From: Azolla caroliniana
Lineage: Eukaryota > Plantae > Polypodiophyta
Assembly: GCA_043228905.1 (NCBI GenBank)
Contig: JBHGNT010000010.1
Location: forward strand, 22,072,001-22,136,000
Direction: 5' to 3'
Length of the DNA stretch: 64,000 nucleotides
Shown one piece after another: positions 37,601 to 50,773 of this stretch. Made by a program: the position numbers and the translations under genes. Under the pieces are notes generated by a model. That model made no database searches. It worked only from the letters and a program-made list of their open reading frames with translations, and had not been told where the DNA came from. Positions within the stretch are counted from its first letter, which is position 1; each line of letters opens with the position of its first letter.

Positions 37601-40600
37601 GTTAGGTGGGGGCGGATGTCGTGAAGAAAACCGTCCCCAGGCGCAAACCGTGTATAATGTGTGTGAACCGGCCCTTACACGTGGGCACGTCCCTTGTCGT
37701 AAAGTAGATAGGTAGGCGCAAAGGGGTAGATCCTAGGTAGCAATATTCTATAGGGAGAATCGAGGAGTATCTCTGTCCGAAAGGACAGAGAATTAATGTG
37801 ATGTAAAACGGGCAAGACGGCCTCCCTCCTTGAGCTATAAAAGAGAGGGAGACGGGGGAGAGAAGACATCGCGCGCTAGAGGGGACGAAGTGTTGTCGGA
37901 CTGGGACCGAGCTCTTCTCCTCTGACGTTCTCCATAAGCTTTCTTTGCGCAGGTTCTCGAGAGGCTGATTCTGCTCCGTGGAATGCCCATGTGCTTCTGG
38001 CAGAATCTCCATCTTGCTCCCCTGTGTGCGTGGGTGATCAGGCGTCGACACCCATCTCGCCGACCTGATCGGCTATAACCGCTCGAGACATCTGCATACA
38101 TATATTTATATACGCGTTCTTATACTCTATCTCCTACCCAACTTGTGTCTCTTGTGTTGATTGGGCTGCGTTCCCGTGCGCTTCTTTGTCTATCCGTGTG
38201 TGAGTGTGTCTCTCTCTCCCTCTCTCTCTCTTTTCCCCACTTTTTCCTCGGTCCAAGGCCCCAGTGGTCCCGCCTTGTTCTCCACGTACGCGCGTAATAA
38301 CGCGACAGCGTTTTCTCCAGCACTCGCTTTCTCTATGGCCCTTTTTACCACAATACCAGCATTCCGTTGCAGATTTGTCTTGCCGGCCTCCGGCACCACC
38401 TTGACTCCCCCTGCTTGTGGAAGTCCCGGAACTGCTATCGGCACGTTCTCTGTGCCTTCATTCTTGCTCTTGCCGGCCGCCTCGTCCACCACACCCACGG
38501 GACCAATCCGCTTTCGTGTACAGCATCCGGCTGTCAATGGGTGCGCTAGTTGACACACCGGCATGGTTCTCCTCTACAAGGAGCATCGACTGTAAGTCGA
38601 AAAATGACGGCGTATTCTCCCTTGTACATACTGTCGTTCGAAATGCTCTGAACTTAGACGTCAAGCCCCCAAGACAGACCTGTACCATCTCGTCTTCCTC
38701 TACGGTAACGTTGATAGAGGCAAGCGAGTCATCCGGACCGTGTAATCCGCCACCAACATGTCCTTCTGTCGGACATTGCTTAACTCCTCTCGGAGTTGCA
38801 GCTTCCGGGTTGTAGTGCTCGCGGCGAAAACCTTCTTCAGGTTTCCCCAAGCCTCCTTCGGCGTCTTGGCGTCTCGGATGTGGCTCAGCAACTGGTCTCT
38901 AACACTAGACACGAAGCAGTACATCACTCTGCTTGCCGATTGTTCCCACACTGGGAAGTCCTTATGTGCCGCATCAGGTGCTGTTTTGTTGGCTCCTTCG
39001 ACGAAACTCCAGTAGCCATGCCCAAGCAGGTACTGGTGCATCTTATACGACCAAGATGCATAGTTGTATCTATCGAGTTTCTCCACAGGGAGCGAGCTAG
39101 CCATCCCTCTATCTGTCACTTCTTTGTCTTCTATTTTACGACCTGTTAGGGTTTGCTTTCAAGCGTTTGTCGGTTGTAGAGGAGGTTCTCAACCCTCGCG
39201 CTCTGATAACATGTAAACGATTACTTGCGGAAGCGTTAGAAAACAGAGAAAGCAAGGAATACACAGATTACACGGGAGAGACAGAGAGAGCAGAACCTCA
39301 AAGCTATATTCAAAAATATATAAAAACACTCTGTACTTACAACTATGCTCAGTAGCATTATTTATACAAGTCCTCGTGGGACTGACAGAAGTACCACGTA
39401 CTTCAATGCTCACACGAGCATCTGACACTTACTACGAGACTATAATTGCCTAGTAGTCTACACTAGTACGAGGCTTCCGGTTACTGATTGGATTCGGCAA
39501 ACCGGCTCCCCAACTCACTAGCTTTGTTGCTTGCCGGCTCGGTTGCTCACAACTTACCAATCTGTCTTGCTTGCCGGCTCAGGCTTATTCAGCCGATCCG
39601 GCTCCAGTTGAGCTTGCCGCTCAACAAACCTCTACATTTTTTGTATACATAATCCATTATTTTTATACTGTGTCTATTGTTTACTACATAGTTGCTTCCT
39701 AGTTCCTACTCTGCAATTACCTAAAAAGCCCAAAAACATGATGATTGTACACAACAACCGAGGGAAAATTTTAGGATTCGTTTGGTGCCCAATTGTCATG
39801 CCCCTTCAAACCCAGAGGCATGTTCCCTTTCCAATTATGTATTAAGTCAATTGACTAAATGATGATTGCCATGTCATAAAAGCTAACATCGTTTTTTTCA
39901 ATCTAAAATAAAAATGCATTTCATTTAACCGGATGTTTGTATTGTTTGTGTGGGTAGTGAGAAAGACCCTTGAGATATGGGACTACTGTTGATTTGTTGC
40001 ATACGATGAGCAAGAATTCTCAATACTTTCGAGTCATGTGTGAGGGTCATGATTTAGGTGTATGAGAAGAAACCTGTGAGAGGCTCCTAAGGTAGGGTTA
40101 TGACAAACCAATAACAATCCCTCCACCATGGTGCAAACTGTATAAGTGTCCCTCTATCATAGACCAAACTTGGCTTATGTGGGGCCCCCACGCTCCCCCC
40201 CAAAAAAAATAAAAAAAATCATATCGCAATCATTGTACATGAAATGAACCTTATCATGAGTGCAAACTTAACTTCTTATGATAATCAAATGTTAATATTT
40301 TACCTTGACAAAGGACTATCTTGAGGAACATGTTAGTTGTAGTATAGCAAAGCTTCAAATTTTATTTATCGAAGTCTCCACCGATGTGTGCCATTGCTTC
40401 CGATCACTGTAGAAAGAACTAGCCATCTTCGATGGTAGATTGGGTGGTATTGATTATTGTATCATATTAATGTCAACTCACTGTCTCTTTTTAGGTTGTT
40501 ACCTTTCCTTGATTAATGTTTTATCCAAGGGTGGTCGTGCCCACATTCTTCTTTTGATTTCACATTTTATCGAGCATTGTCGTGGCAAATAGTTGTATTT

Positions 40601-43159
40601 ATTCGTTTGGCATGTGGATTTAAAACTAGTATATTCTTTGTGTTTCTTAGTGATGGGATCTTGCAATTAACATGTATATTCCCCAACACATATGAGTTAC
40701 ATATTAGTGCACACGCACAACGCCCAAAGCACATACATGGTTGACAATGGAAAGAGCTCAAGATGGGTGTTAGACATAAGTATGAGTTTTAAGTGAAAGC
40801 CATTTGTTATGTCTACCAATACATTGCAAGTAGGCATTATTAAATTTGGATTTGGTGAACAAAATTAATCGATTCGAAATTGCAGTGTTAATAATAGAAT
40901 CAAAGTGGATATTCTCGATACAAGATTTTTGTTCAATTCTTTCCAGAAACCTATTTTTAGTTGGTTGCAACTATGGATTTTTTTTTCCCCAAGGTGTTGT
41001 GACGATGAAACAAACATTTTTAGCGTCTACCCATAGATGTTTACCCATCTTCTTTAAAAAAAACTTTGGACTTCTGGGTATTTTAAAAGTTTCGTTTCGT
41101 TATTCGTTGACCTTGCTACACAAGCAGAAACAACGGGAATGACCTATTTTTATACCCATGATATTTTGTTTGTTGGTCTCTCTTGAATAACAATATCAAC
41201 TAGGCTATATCCATTTGGGCTAATTTACTAGATACCATTTTTAGAATGTAAGGAGTTTGAAGCCATAACCTTATGATCTCCACTGCACAACATTATCAAC
41301 TAAGCTACATCCGTTTGTGGGACATGTTGAATCGTTAATAAGCAGGGCGAACACCTTATCGACGAAATAATTTTAACTTGCTACCATTAAATACAAAAGC
41401 ATTGCATATTAGTCTCAATTATGATGTTATCCCTAATATCTCAGAAATAGGAAAACAGATCTCCATCTCTAATTTTGAGTCAACCTTATGTGAATCATGT
41501 AAACACCCATTGTCTTTACGCTAAATAACAACATGTCAAAACTAATCAAATATGAGAAATGTAACCTTAAACGTGAGAAACATAACCCGAAATTTAGTGG
41601 GCAATCAAACATTATATAAAACGATGATTATTATCTTCCACTTGAATAGTGCAAAAGAAACTATTGCATGTTGTTGATCCACCTCCCTTTACACCTAATC
41701 TCAAAGGCAAACCCCCACTCAATACTCTCCAAATGAGGACCTTTGCTAGAAGTGACAATTTAGATGTGGACTTTGTTTCACATCATAAAAAGGATGTATG
41801 ACCATGTAAATGTCAATCGACTCAGGGTTGCTTTTCGTTTTGTATGTGTAAAGCCCCTTGGATCAATGATATATTCTATAGTTGTTGCTAACTAACCCCA
41901 TAATTGGGCAATACACATAATAATTGTTTCAATCAACAAACTCTAGAAATTTTCGAGATTGAGCCTTAACTATATCTACCTCCTCTTTAACCCCCAAATA
42001 AAACAAGCAATTAAACTAAGTGCAAATCTCTCCCCACGGCATATGGGTGCCATGAGACAACCTAGCATTGAACACTTGAAGAATGAGGAATTTTAAGTGG
42101 AGTACTTTTGTTAAGCAATTGTCAGCATGATGTATTAAATGTTGTCCCCTTGTATGTTACACCCTCCTTCTCAATGAAATATTGGATAATAGATAGACAT
42201 GGTTGTGAGTGTGAACACATGCATTGCAATAACAAAAATTTACGAGTCGTCATATGTATAGATGAGTCCACTATTGCAGTTTCCCTCATGCACTTAGGGT
42301 TGCTAGATGGTTCTACACAACCATGTGATCCCTCTTTCTTCACAACAAATATATAAGAGATTGCAAAACGGAATGCATATCCTTCTTTGTCTATAATAGC
42401 AACGGAAAATAATATAATATCATGGCTTTCATAATTATACATTGTAGAACTTTAAGGCATACATAAAATGACCAAGATCGTGACTTGTAATACATGAACT
42501 TATCCCTCAATTTATTAATGATCCATTCAATCAATCGGGCACCTCAACATTCAATCCCAATGAATACTCCATCCATGTATAGAAAACTAGAGTCATTTCC
42601 AACCATGGATCCTTGGCATCCTCGTTATTCCAAATCCCTCTCTATACTCAATATGAGGTGACTTAATAAGCATATCCATAGGAATAACCTTTGCCTAAGT
42701 AAAAGACTAGAGCTCTATATACTTGTAAGCATGTTTTTCCACCAAGATTTGTGATTTACATAACAACCATAAAGCATTTGCTAGCACTTTTTCCAAAATA
42801 CCCTACCCACCCTCTTCCTTTTGACACGACTAGTGAAAAAGAGGGGTCTCTTGGGTAATGGCCATGATTGAAGGGTATGTTTGCTAAGCCATAGAAGAAA
42901 ATGGGGGGTATCTTCGCAATTTTCGGTAAAACTAGAATGTGTGTGTGTGTGTGTGTATAATTGGGATTTTTAGCGATGTGGTGTGCATGAGACTTGAGAA
43001 GGATGTTTGGAAGGGAAGGGAGGGGGGGGGGTGTCTTGTTTGTGTGAATCTTTGCTTTTTTTCATCTCTTCAGCAAACAATGTATAATATCATCGGACAG
43101 GATCTCTGATCATAAGATTTTGAAGACCAGAATTTTCAAGAACACTGACAGAAGAGAAG

Positions 43160-43219
43160 ATGTCGATACGTGTAGATGCGTGGAGCGACTTGGCCTGTCC
43201 ATGGTGCTATGTTGGCAAG

Positions 43220-43274
<55 letters not shown>

Positions 43275-45811
43275 CTGCCTCTCGTAGATGCTAGAAAACG
43301 TTCATCGCTTCTTTCTTTGTAGCAGTGTAGGATGGGTGTATATATAACTTACAAGCACGGAATTCAACTTTGATTCAAGCCACGACGTGTCTTTGCATCT
43401 GAAACGTACGATTTTATACTTTTCTGGTCTGGAAACAGAAGAACAATGAATACAAAATCTGGCAGAAAGTACAGTGCTATAACTAGAAGAACAAAAGCCA
43501 GATGAACACATCATCTTTTGGTGGGTTTAAGAGATATATGTGTATGATAAAGTGTCCTGTGGAAAAATATGTATTGATGCTATCCGTTTTTATTGTCTAT
43601 ACTTGAAGTTTGAATGTTTTCACGTACCAAAGTTCTATGATTAACTGGTTTTAGATGATAGTTGCGTGGACTTACATTTTCCTTTTTTTAGGCACGTCTT
43701 GATAAAGCCATAGAGTTATTAAATACAAATGCTACAGATCACCCTTGCCAAGTCGCAGTACATTGGTGAGCTAAATTACCATCTCAAAAATGTCAATGTT
43801 AAAGAAATTTATAAATTATAGTGGTTAAGAAATGTATGAATGTCCATGTTCAAGAAAATGATTAAAATATAAATTCTCCACTGGAATTGTAATTCTATAA
43901 CTTGTAAGGGAACAGGTTTTTGGAGCCCATGTAGTGGATATACTAATAATTTCGGAAAATATGTTAACATATGTGGCAGAGATGTGTAATAAATAAGTGA
44001 ACCTACGCAGCATTGGTAATAAATTGTCACTTGGAATGCTAATTCTAAGAAATTAGGAACTTGGTGTGCATGAAAAGAATGTAGTGAATATACACGTATT
44101 ATTTAGGAGAATAAATTAATATATGCAACACAGATGTGTATATATGTACATGCCAGTGTGGGTGTGTGTTAATGTGTACATGTACGCATGACTCCGAAAA
44201 TAACTGAGATAAGAGTTTAAGAGGCTAAAGCCCATGAGGGTTTACAACCATCTCTTTACAGAGATGTAAATATAAACATACGAGACAAGGAAAAGGGGGA
44301 GTGGATTCATCTTTTTACAAAAAATAACCCATGAATAGTAGTTTTCCAATTTGACCTATCTTCTCTGTCTTTTATACTATCTAAATACAAACAATTCAGA
44401 CACATTTACATGGTATTGTGTAGGCACCCCTACATGATTGATCCCAATACAAAGAAGGCAGGGGAGGAGTATTTGGCTTACAATCAACGTAGATGGGGTT
44501 CTGATGGTTGGACCACGTCATTAAGAAGGTAGTATAGAACACATGCATAGATAGAGATTGTTCAAGATAATGTTTTTAGCTTTCATTTGTTTCCTTTTTC
44601 TGATGATAAGGTGGCCAGACCACAGACATTGACCACTTTGCTATAAGCTTCATCATTATAGTAGTCAATAAAAGTTGAATCATGTCTGCAAATCTGATTG
44701 AGATCGAAATCCTCATGTCACCAGTTCATATTTTCTCGTAGGTCTGCTGCTAAGGATGGTCTGCAATTCAAAGATTGGAAGTGGTGGCCCAATACCCTTC
44801 ATGCTCATAGGTAAAATAAGACCATACATGAGCACACTGTGGAAGCATCTCCATTTGCACATTATATATGAGAGGCTTTAAACATCTAGATACATATTGA
44901 GTGTAGACTTCCAAGCTTATGTTATTAAAAATACTGATATAATGTAATGGTAGCTTATGCTTGTAAGATTGCAAGATAAGAATCACACTTGCAAAATGTT
45001 CTGATTCCATGAAAAGGAAATGGTAGTTCAAACTACCGTCTAACGACATATTTGTGTAGACTTCCAAGCTTACTTTATTAGAAATATTGATAGGATAATG
45101 TAATGGTAGCTTATGCTTTTAAGGTTGCAAGACAAAAATCGCACTTGAACAATGTTCTGATTCCATGAAAAGGAAATGTTAGTGGTTCAAACTGGATGGT
45201 TCTAGGTTTTGTTTCCATGACAAGATAAGGAGATATTTTTCCTTTTCTTATCCTCTTCCAGATTAGTACTCCTTGCAGATACTGTTGGCAAAGGTGGCGA
45301 GGCAAAACAGAAGCTCTTTGAGATGACTTATGAACAGGGGTTAAACATATCAAACTTGGAGGTTCTATGTACTGCGGCTGATCAGCTGGGGCTTATTGAA
45401 GCAAGGCATTATCTTGTATGTAGCTTCAATGCAATTTATACTAGATATCTAGTCTTTCAACAAATTAATGTGAAATTTGTTACTGGTGAGAAATACATGT
45501 AAGCCCACATATACAAACTCTACATGGTTCTTTGCAGATGTCTAATGAAGGGAAAGAAGAGGTGATCAAGCAAGATCAAGCTGCAAAATCTGAACGTGAT
45601 ATACATTCTGTTCCATTCTTTGTTGTTAACGATCATTACACCTTTTCAGGTGCACAGGTAAAATTCTGTTTCTGTACGGTTTTTTGGTTCAAGCATTTTC
45701 TAGATATATTGTCGTTATGGGATTCGGGTTTTAAAGGATTGTGTGCTATTTGTTTTGGAACAGGATGTTGCGACCATCATGAAGATACTCCAAAAGGCAA
45801 TGAGAAGCTGA
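43160..45811 (+). CDS. DSBA/FrnE-like thioredoxin-fold oxidoreductase (7 exons, ~209 aa)
   Basis: Exons 43160-43219, 43692-43765, 44424-44528, 44742-44810, 45262-45415, 45538-45657 and 45764-45811, all GT-AG and in phase. Reads MSIRVDAWSDLACPWCYVGK..PNTLHAHRL..IHSVPFFVVND..SGAQ. Confidence 0.9.
44900..45195. repeat. Imperfect ~150-bp tandem duplication in DSBA intron 4
   Basis: GTGTAGACTTCCAAGCTTA...CTGATTCCATGAAAAGGAAATG occurs at ~44901 and ~45054. Confidence 0.8.
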
Positions 45812-47536
45812 TTGAAGGAATAAGATGGCTTGCAATCAAATATGTTGAAGAAATGAGTGACCCACATAGGATGGTTGCTGCACATAGATGACTAAAATGT
45901 GGTTGTGTGACCATTAATCAAACGAGCAAAGCTGGTGACTAAGCTTTGATATTGATTGATGGGTGTTAATTGACATTGTGATGTGCATTATCTGTGACAT
46001 ATTTGTGTTTTCCATTGATGAAATATCACATAATTTAGAACTCATGGAGTTAACTCAATTTATGAAAGGAATTCTGGCATTGATGTCCTTTTCTGGCCAT
46101 GAATGTGATTATGTCAAAAACATTGGACAATCATATATTAACCTTCATATTCAGTAAGATTCACTGAATTAGTATATGATACTTCCATTTATTTGTGCAC
46201 TAACAAATTCCTACACCTGTTTTATACTTTTATACTTGGAAACACACAAAATCGTGACTTCTATATACCATGCTAAGGATGCACTATGTGAGTTCACTAT
46301 GCCTGGCATAGAGCCTTAGGTAACAAGTGGTTGAGCATTCAACCTTGCCTTGATACTAATACTTGACTTACGAATAAACATATTGAGAGATAACCAATTT
46401 TAGTCTCTATGATTGTGTACTAATACTTTGAGGTTTCCCAAATTGTTCTAGAGACTTGATTCCCAAAAGTATCATATTTGAATTATCAATTGAATATTAA
46501 CCATATGCACCAAAAGAAAGAAAAAGGCCTATGTATATGTAGGACTTCATAAATAAGTGAAAGATCGGGTAATTAGGTTACTTTCTGCAATCATAAGGCT
46601 TGAAAATAACAAGGAGAGGGAAAGAGAGTTATGAGGATAGATGGATATATTTTTTATGTCCAGAGGAGATAAATTGCTATCTGTGAGTGTTATCTGCCAA
46701 AGGTTGTGCACCCATTGCCGGATAAGTGACTCTGTCGATAGTGGATTACACGACAACAAACATAGAATATAGACAAAGATGATGTCAAACTGTTTCAATC
46801 ATCCAAAGATTAGAAAAACGTGGTCTTTGTTTTTCTTCATGCTTGGTTCTATTCACCTAGAGACAATTATAGAAACAACTATTGCGTGAACAATCACACC
46901 CATTCAAAAGGCGGTTAGGAAAAAATACTAATAATATATGAAAATATATCTTAAGGCCTTAACCATGAGATGGGGCCTAGCCCAAGGTCAATTTTATACC
47001 TTTTGAGAGAGAGACCTAGGACATAAGATCCTAGGCAAACACAAAATAAGTTATGTCTATCACAAATTAATACATGGGCATGTGAGAAAATGGGGAATTT
47101 CAAAGTCCATCACGTGATGGCAAGTGTGTTTGAGATGGGTTGGCATTCTTGTCTTCCATTTCAAGCTAACGTTTTCATTTTGTAGGGTTATGGTGGGGGG
47201 ATTACCCAGTGGAGGGACTCAATATTGCACTTGGATTGTGTTTCTTTTGTATGGTGTCAACAGAGCACATATCGCACGTTCTGTAATCACTCGTCGAGTG
47301 TCTAGACCTATTTGGACATTCATAAATGGAGTGTGGGCTTCCAATATGGGGGTTTCAAAAACCAATCTCCAATGGGTCTCTTCGATGGGTCTTTCCAAAG
47401 CTTTCTACTTCATCTTTCCATGATTAATCAAGATAAAGAGAGGCCGAGGGGTTTTCTCACATGCATACAATTAACATAATTGTGTGTTATCACATCAGCA
47501 AAGAGGGAAGAGGTGGGGAGGCACACGTGTGTATAT

Positions 47537-48748
47537 TGTGAAATGCACATAAGAGGTCAAAACCAGTCTAGCTAGCTTCATACTTATCATTCAATATATA
47601 GAAGATACAAAGAACCCATTTTGGGACGGCCTAGCTACACGTGTCCCAAAATGGTGTGCTAAAAGGGTGGGCTAAAATGGGTGATATGCTAAACGGGAGT
47701 GGCTAAAAGAGTGGTGTGTTCAAATGCATGCTCTTGCATGAAAGGGACACCACATTTCCCCCCTCAAAAAAACAAGAGATTGAGGAGCATGAGTGACCAT
47801 GTGTGGTCCTTGCCGGGAACTAGAACGATCCTCGCTGAGAGTTGGAACACGAACACCAACGGGCGTGAGCAACCATGTTGTCCTCACCGAGAATTGGAAC
47901 ACGAACGAGTGAGTGACCATGTGGCCCTCACCGGGAACTGGAACATGAACAACAACGGGCATGAGCGACCATGCGGTCCTCACCGGGATCTGGAACACGA
48001 ACAATAGTTGGAGTGAGCGGCCATGTGCGGTCCTCACCGGAGACTGGAACACAAACGGGAGTGAGCGACCATGCGGCCCTCACTGGGAACAGGAACACGA
48101 ACGGGAGTGAGCGGCCATGTGCGGCCCTCATCGAGAACTCGAACACGAACGGGCGTGAGCGACCATGTCGGTCCTCACCGGGATCTGGAACACGAACAAT
48201 AGTTGGAGTGAGCAACCGGCCATGTGCGGCCCTCATCGAGAACTCGAACACGAACGGGCGTGAGCGGCCATGCGGCCCTCACCAGGAACTAGAACACGAA
48301 CACGAACACGAAAGAAACTAAAAAATAGAGACAATGAAGCGATGTTGATGATGAAGCGGTGGATATCGGGAGGCCTAACTAGTGAACTAAGGTGGTGCTA
48401 ATAGAAGAGATACTACAAGAGACTAACAAGAGTGTCGGTGATGGCGGTGAGGGCGATGCTACCTACGAAGCGGAAGAGGCGGATGCTTGGATATGGGGGA
48501 TTGGTACCCCGCATCTCCACCAATATGTGAAATGCACATAAGAGGTCAAAACCAGTCTAGCTAGCTTCATACTTAACATTCAATATATAGAAGATATAAA
48601 TAACCCATTTTGGGTTGGGACGGCCTAGCTACACGTGTCCCAAAATGGTGTGCTAAAAGTGTGGGCTAAAATGGGTGATGTGCTAAACGGGAGTGGCTAA
48701 AAGAGTGGTGTGTTCAAATGCATGCTCTTGCATGAAAGGGACACCACA
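47537..48748 (-). mobile_element. TRIM-like non-autonomous LTR retrotransposon primed by tRNA-Ala
   Basis: ~220-bp LTRs at 47537-47754 and 48526-48748 (TG..CA). PPT (TTTCCCCCCTC on +) at 47755-47765. PBS 48496-48522 matches the tRNA-Ala 3' end. Probable TSD ATAT. No retroelement coding domains. Confidence 0.88.
47790..48312. repeat. ~46-55-bp tandem repeat array inside the TRIM
   Basis: About 10 units of GTGAGCG(A/G)CCATG(TG)CGG(T/C)CCTCACCGGGAACTGGAACACGAAC. Confidence 0.9.
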
Positions 48749-48915
48749 ATATATATATATACATACATCATTACATGTATGTATGTATACATGTATTATA
48801 CATATATGTATGTATATATGTACACATATATATGTACGTATATCTATACATATAGAGAGAGAAGAGCAGTTGATAGGAGAATCGAGTGGTGCACAGAACA
48901 GGAAAGAAAGAAAGA

Positions 48916-50773
48916 ATGGCGATTCCTACAGGAGTTGCAGCATCTTTGAGCTGTGGAAGCTTCCTTCCTTCGCTCCATCAACGCCAAAAGCAACGTTTCT
49001 CTGTCTCTGGTCCTCCTTCTAATCCTCTCTCCTTCTCGCAGGTATGTGTGTGTCCGTTTTCCTGTACACCTACGTGTGGATATGGATTATAACTTGATCC
49101 ACCCGATCTTAACACTCAATCCATGTTGATTTCGAAGCTCATCAAGAAAGGAGGATACTGTCCTCTGAACTACTGCTGAAAATTATCTGATTTGTGAACA
49201 GCAAGAAAGAAACGCTTTGGTCACCTCATATAGAAATTAAGCTTGATAACATATCATATATGAGATAAAAAGGAGATATTCTGATTCTAGGATAGAAGTA
49301 GATAATGCAAACATTATAGAATCCCTTGAGAATTCCTATGAGCAAGAATTGCTATGGGTAACTGTCTACAACATGAAAAGTCCATATGAGGCTATAGGAA
49401 TCATAACATATCATGGATAGATTCAGAAGCGTGAATATGGTCTTGCCAATCAGAAAGGGAGCTTTGGAAATAAATGATTATATTGTACATATCCCAAGGT
49501 TTCAAAACCACCTTCCAAGTGCATGACTGATTTGGATGCAAAGTAGATCATATAGGTCTTCTTGAATTCATCTGACTGTTCATAAATTTGGATTCACTAT
49601 AATTCACCATGAATAGTCATTTGCTTGACTGACATCCTTGGCTTTCTGGATAGGCATCACCGTCTTTCTTGTTTCCATTAAGGCCTAGAGGACTTCTACC
49701 TATTCTCAGAACTTTTGCAACAAACTGGGGAAGTTTTGATGAGTATTTGTGCACTATAGAGTATAGACAAAGATATTAGGAAAAATTATGCAAGCCTGTG
49801 ACATGAGATTCATCAATTTGTCAACAAATGTTAATTGAATCTATCAAATGCAAGCAAGATATGTTGCTTTGTAGAAAACAATTGCACCATTTTGACCTAG
49901 CTTAAGAAATTTCCTCTCTATGACACAATTGTTTAAAAATCAATCACATATTAGTGGTTGGTTGTATTCTAAATGCCCTTTAAGAATCAATCACATGTTA
50001 AATGTCTTGAAGTTTAAATTTCAATGGTCATGGAAACAATAAACTGTATTATACTGTGGCATTTCAAACAGTTGAATCTTGGAGAGAGGAGAGTTAATCG
50101 ACTCAACCCAGTGGCAGCATTACCTTTGCTTTCCATTGCCGCAGACCCCGAGAAGTATGAATTCATCTCAACATTTAATGATTGGACTTTAGATCATCAA
50201 ACTCTAAAGAACATTTGTAAGGACCTCATATATACACCGTTTTGGTGCCATATATAAGATTTTAATTTTGAGGCGAATTATGACTACTTGCAAGGTTGAT
50301 TATTTTCTGCAGATTTGGCATTTAGTCTCTTTTTCTGCTGGGGCTGTTGTGTCTTTGCATCCATGAATGTGAGTGCTAATCAAATTGCACAAAGGAAGTC
50401 TGAATGGTCTTTAGTATCACAATGCTTTCCAATGACGTGATCTCTATTCATCATTTATAATCTCACATATAATCCGGTATGTCAGGATCCTTTCTATGAT
50501 GGTGATACTTATAGAGGAGCTGGTGGTGATGGAACCGGCAATTGGATATACACCCGTGTAAGTAATTTGACTCTAATCTGAGCCAGAACCTTTTCATATG
50601 GTATCATCAAAATATTCAAACAGAATGAACATGTCGTTGTTCCTTAGGAGGACGAAGAGGGTGTGGAGGCTAGAGAGGAGTTATGGAGGGAGGAACTTGC
50701 GAGGGAAATTGAAGAGCGAGTAGGAGAAATAAGAGAAATTGAGGAATCCAAGAAGGAAAAGGAATTGGCTTGA
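48916..50773 (+). CDS. PnsB4: Photosynthetic NDH subcomplex B subunit 4 (NDF6), chloroplast-targeted, ~174 aa
   Basis: Exons 48916-49041, 50072-50216, 50313-50368, 50486-50557 and 50648-50773. Reads WTLDHQTLKNIY..FCWGCCVFASMNDPFYDGDTYRGAGGDGTGNWIY..AREELWREELAREIEERVG, with a Ser-rich transit peptide. Confidence 0.9.

Larger units (their letters stand above)
20019..38307 (+). mobile_element. Ty3/Gypsy LTR retrotransposon C inserted in the gag region of B
   Basis: LTRs 20019-20675 and 37617-38307. 4-bp TSD GCGT at 20015-20018 and 38308-38311. PPT 37603-37616. Domain order Gag-PR-RT-RH-INT. Confidence 0.96.
15601..39626 (-). mobile_element. Ty1/Copia LTR retrotransposon B (outermost element of the nest)
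   Basis: 415-bp LTRs at 15601-16015 and 39212-39626. TSD AACCT at 15596-15600 and 39627-39631. PPT 16016-16027. PBS TGTTATCAGAGC (tRNA-iMet, 1 mismatch) at ~39200-39211. Decayed gag at 39119-38312 continues at 20018-16232. Confidence 0.96.

Noticed and set aside
47790-48312. Repeat array superficially like a CRISPR array
   Set aside because: Eukaryotic context, the linkers are themselves repeated rather than unique spacers, and there are no cas genes.
48496-48522. tRNA-Ala gene
   Set aside because: Only the 3' third is present, it includes an encoded CCA, and it abuts an LTR, so it is a PBS.
47537-48748. Retrozyme or Cassandra identity for the TRIM
   Set aside because: No CUGANGA/GAAA hammerhead core or 5S rRNA-like segment was seen in the LTRs.
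49654-49742. Possible extra PnsB4 exon
   Set aside because: Exon 1 joins the 50072 exon in phase and gives a normal-length protein without it.
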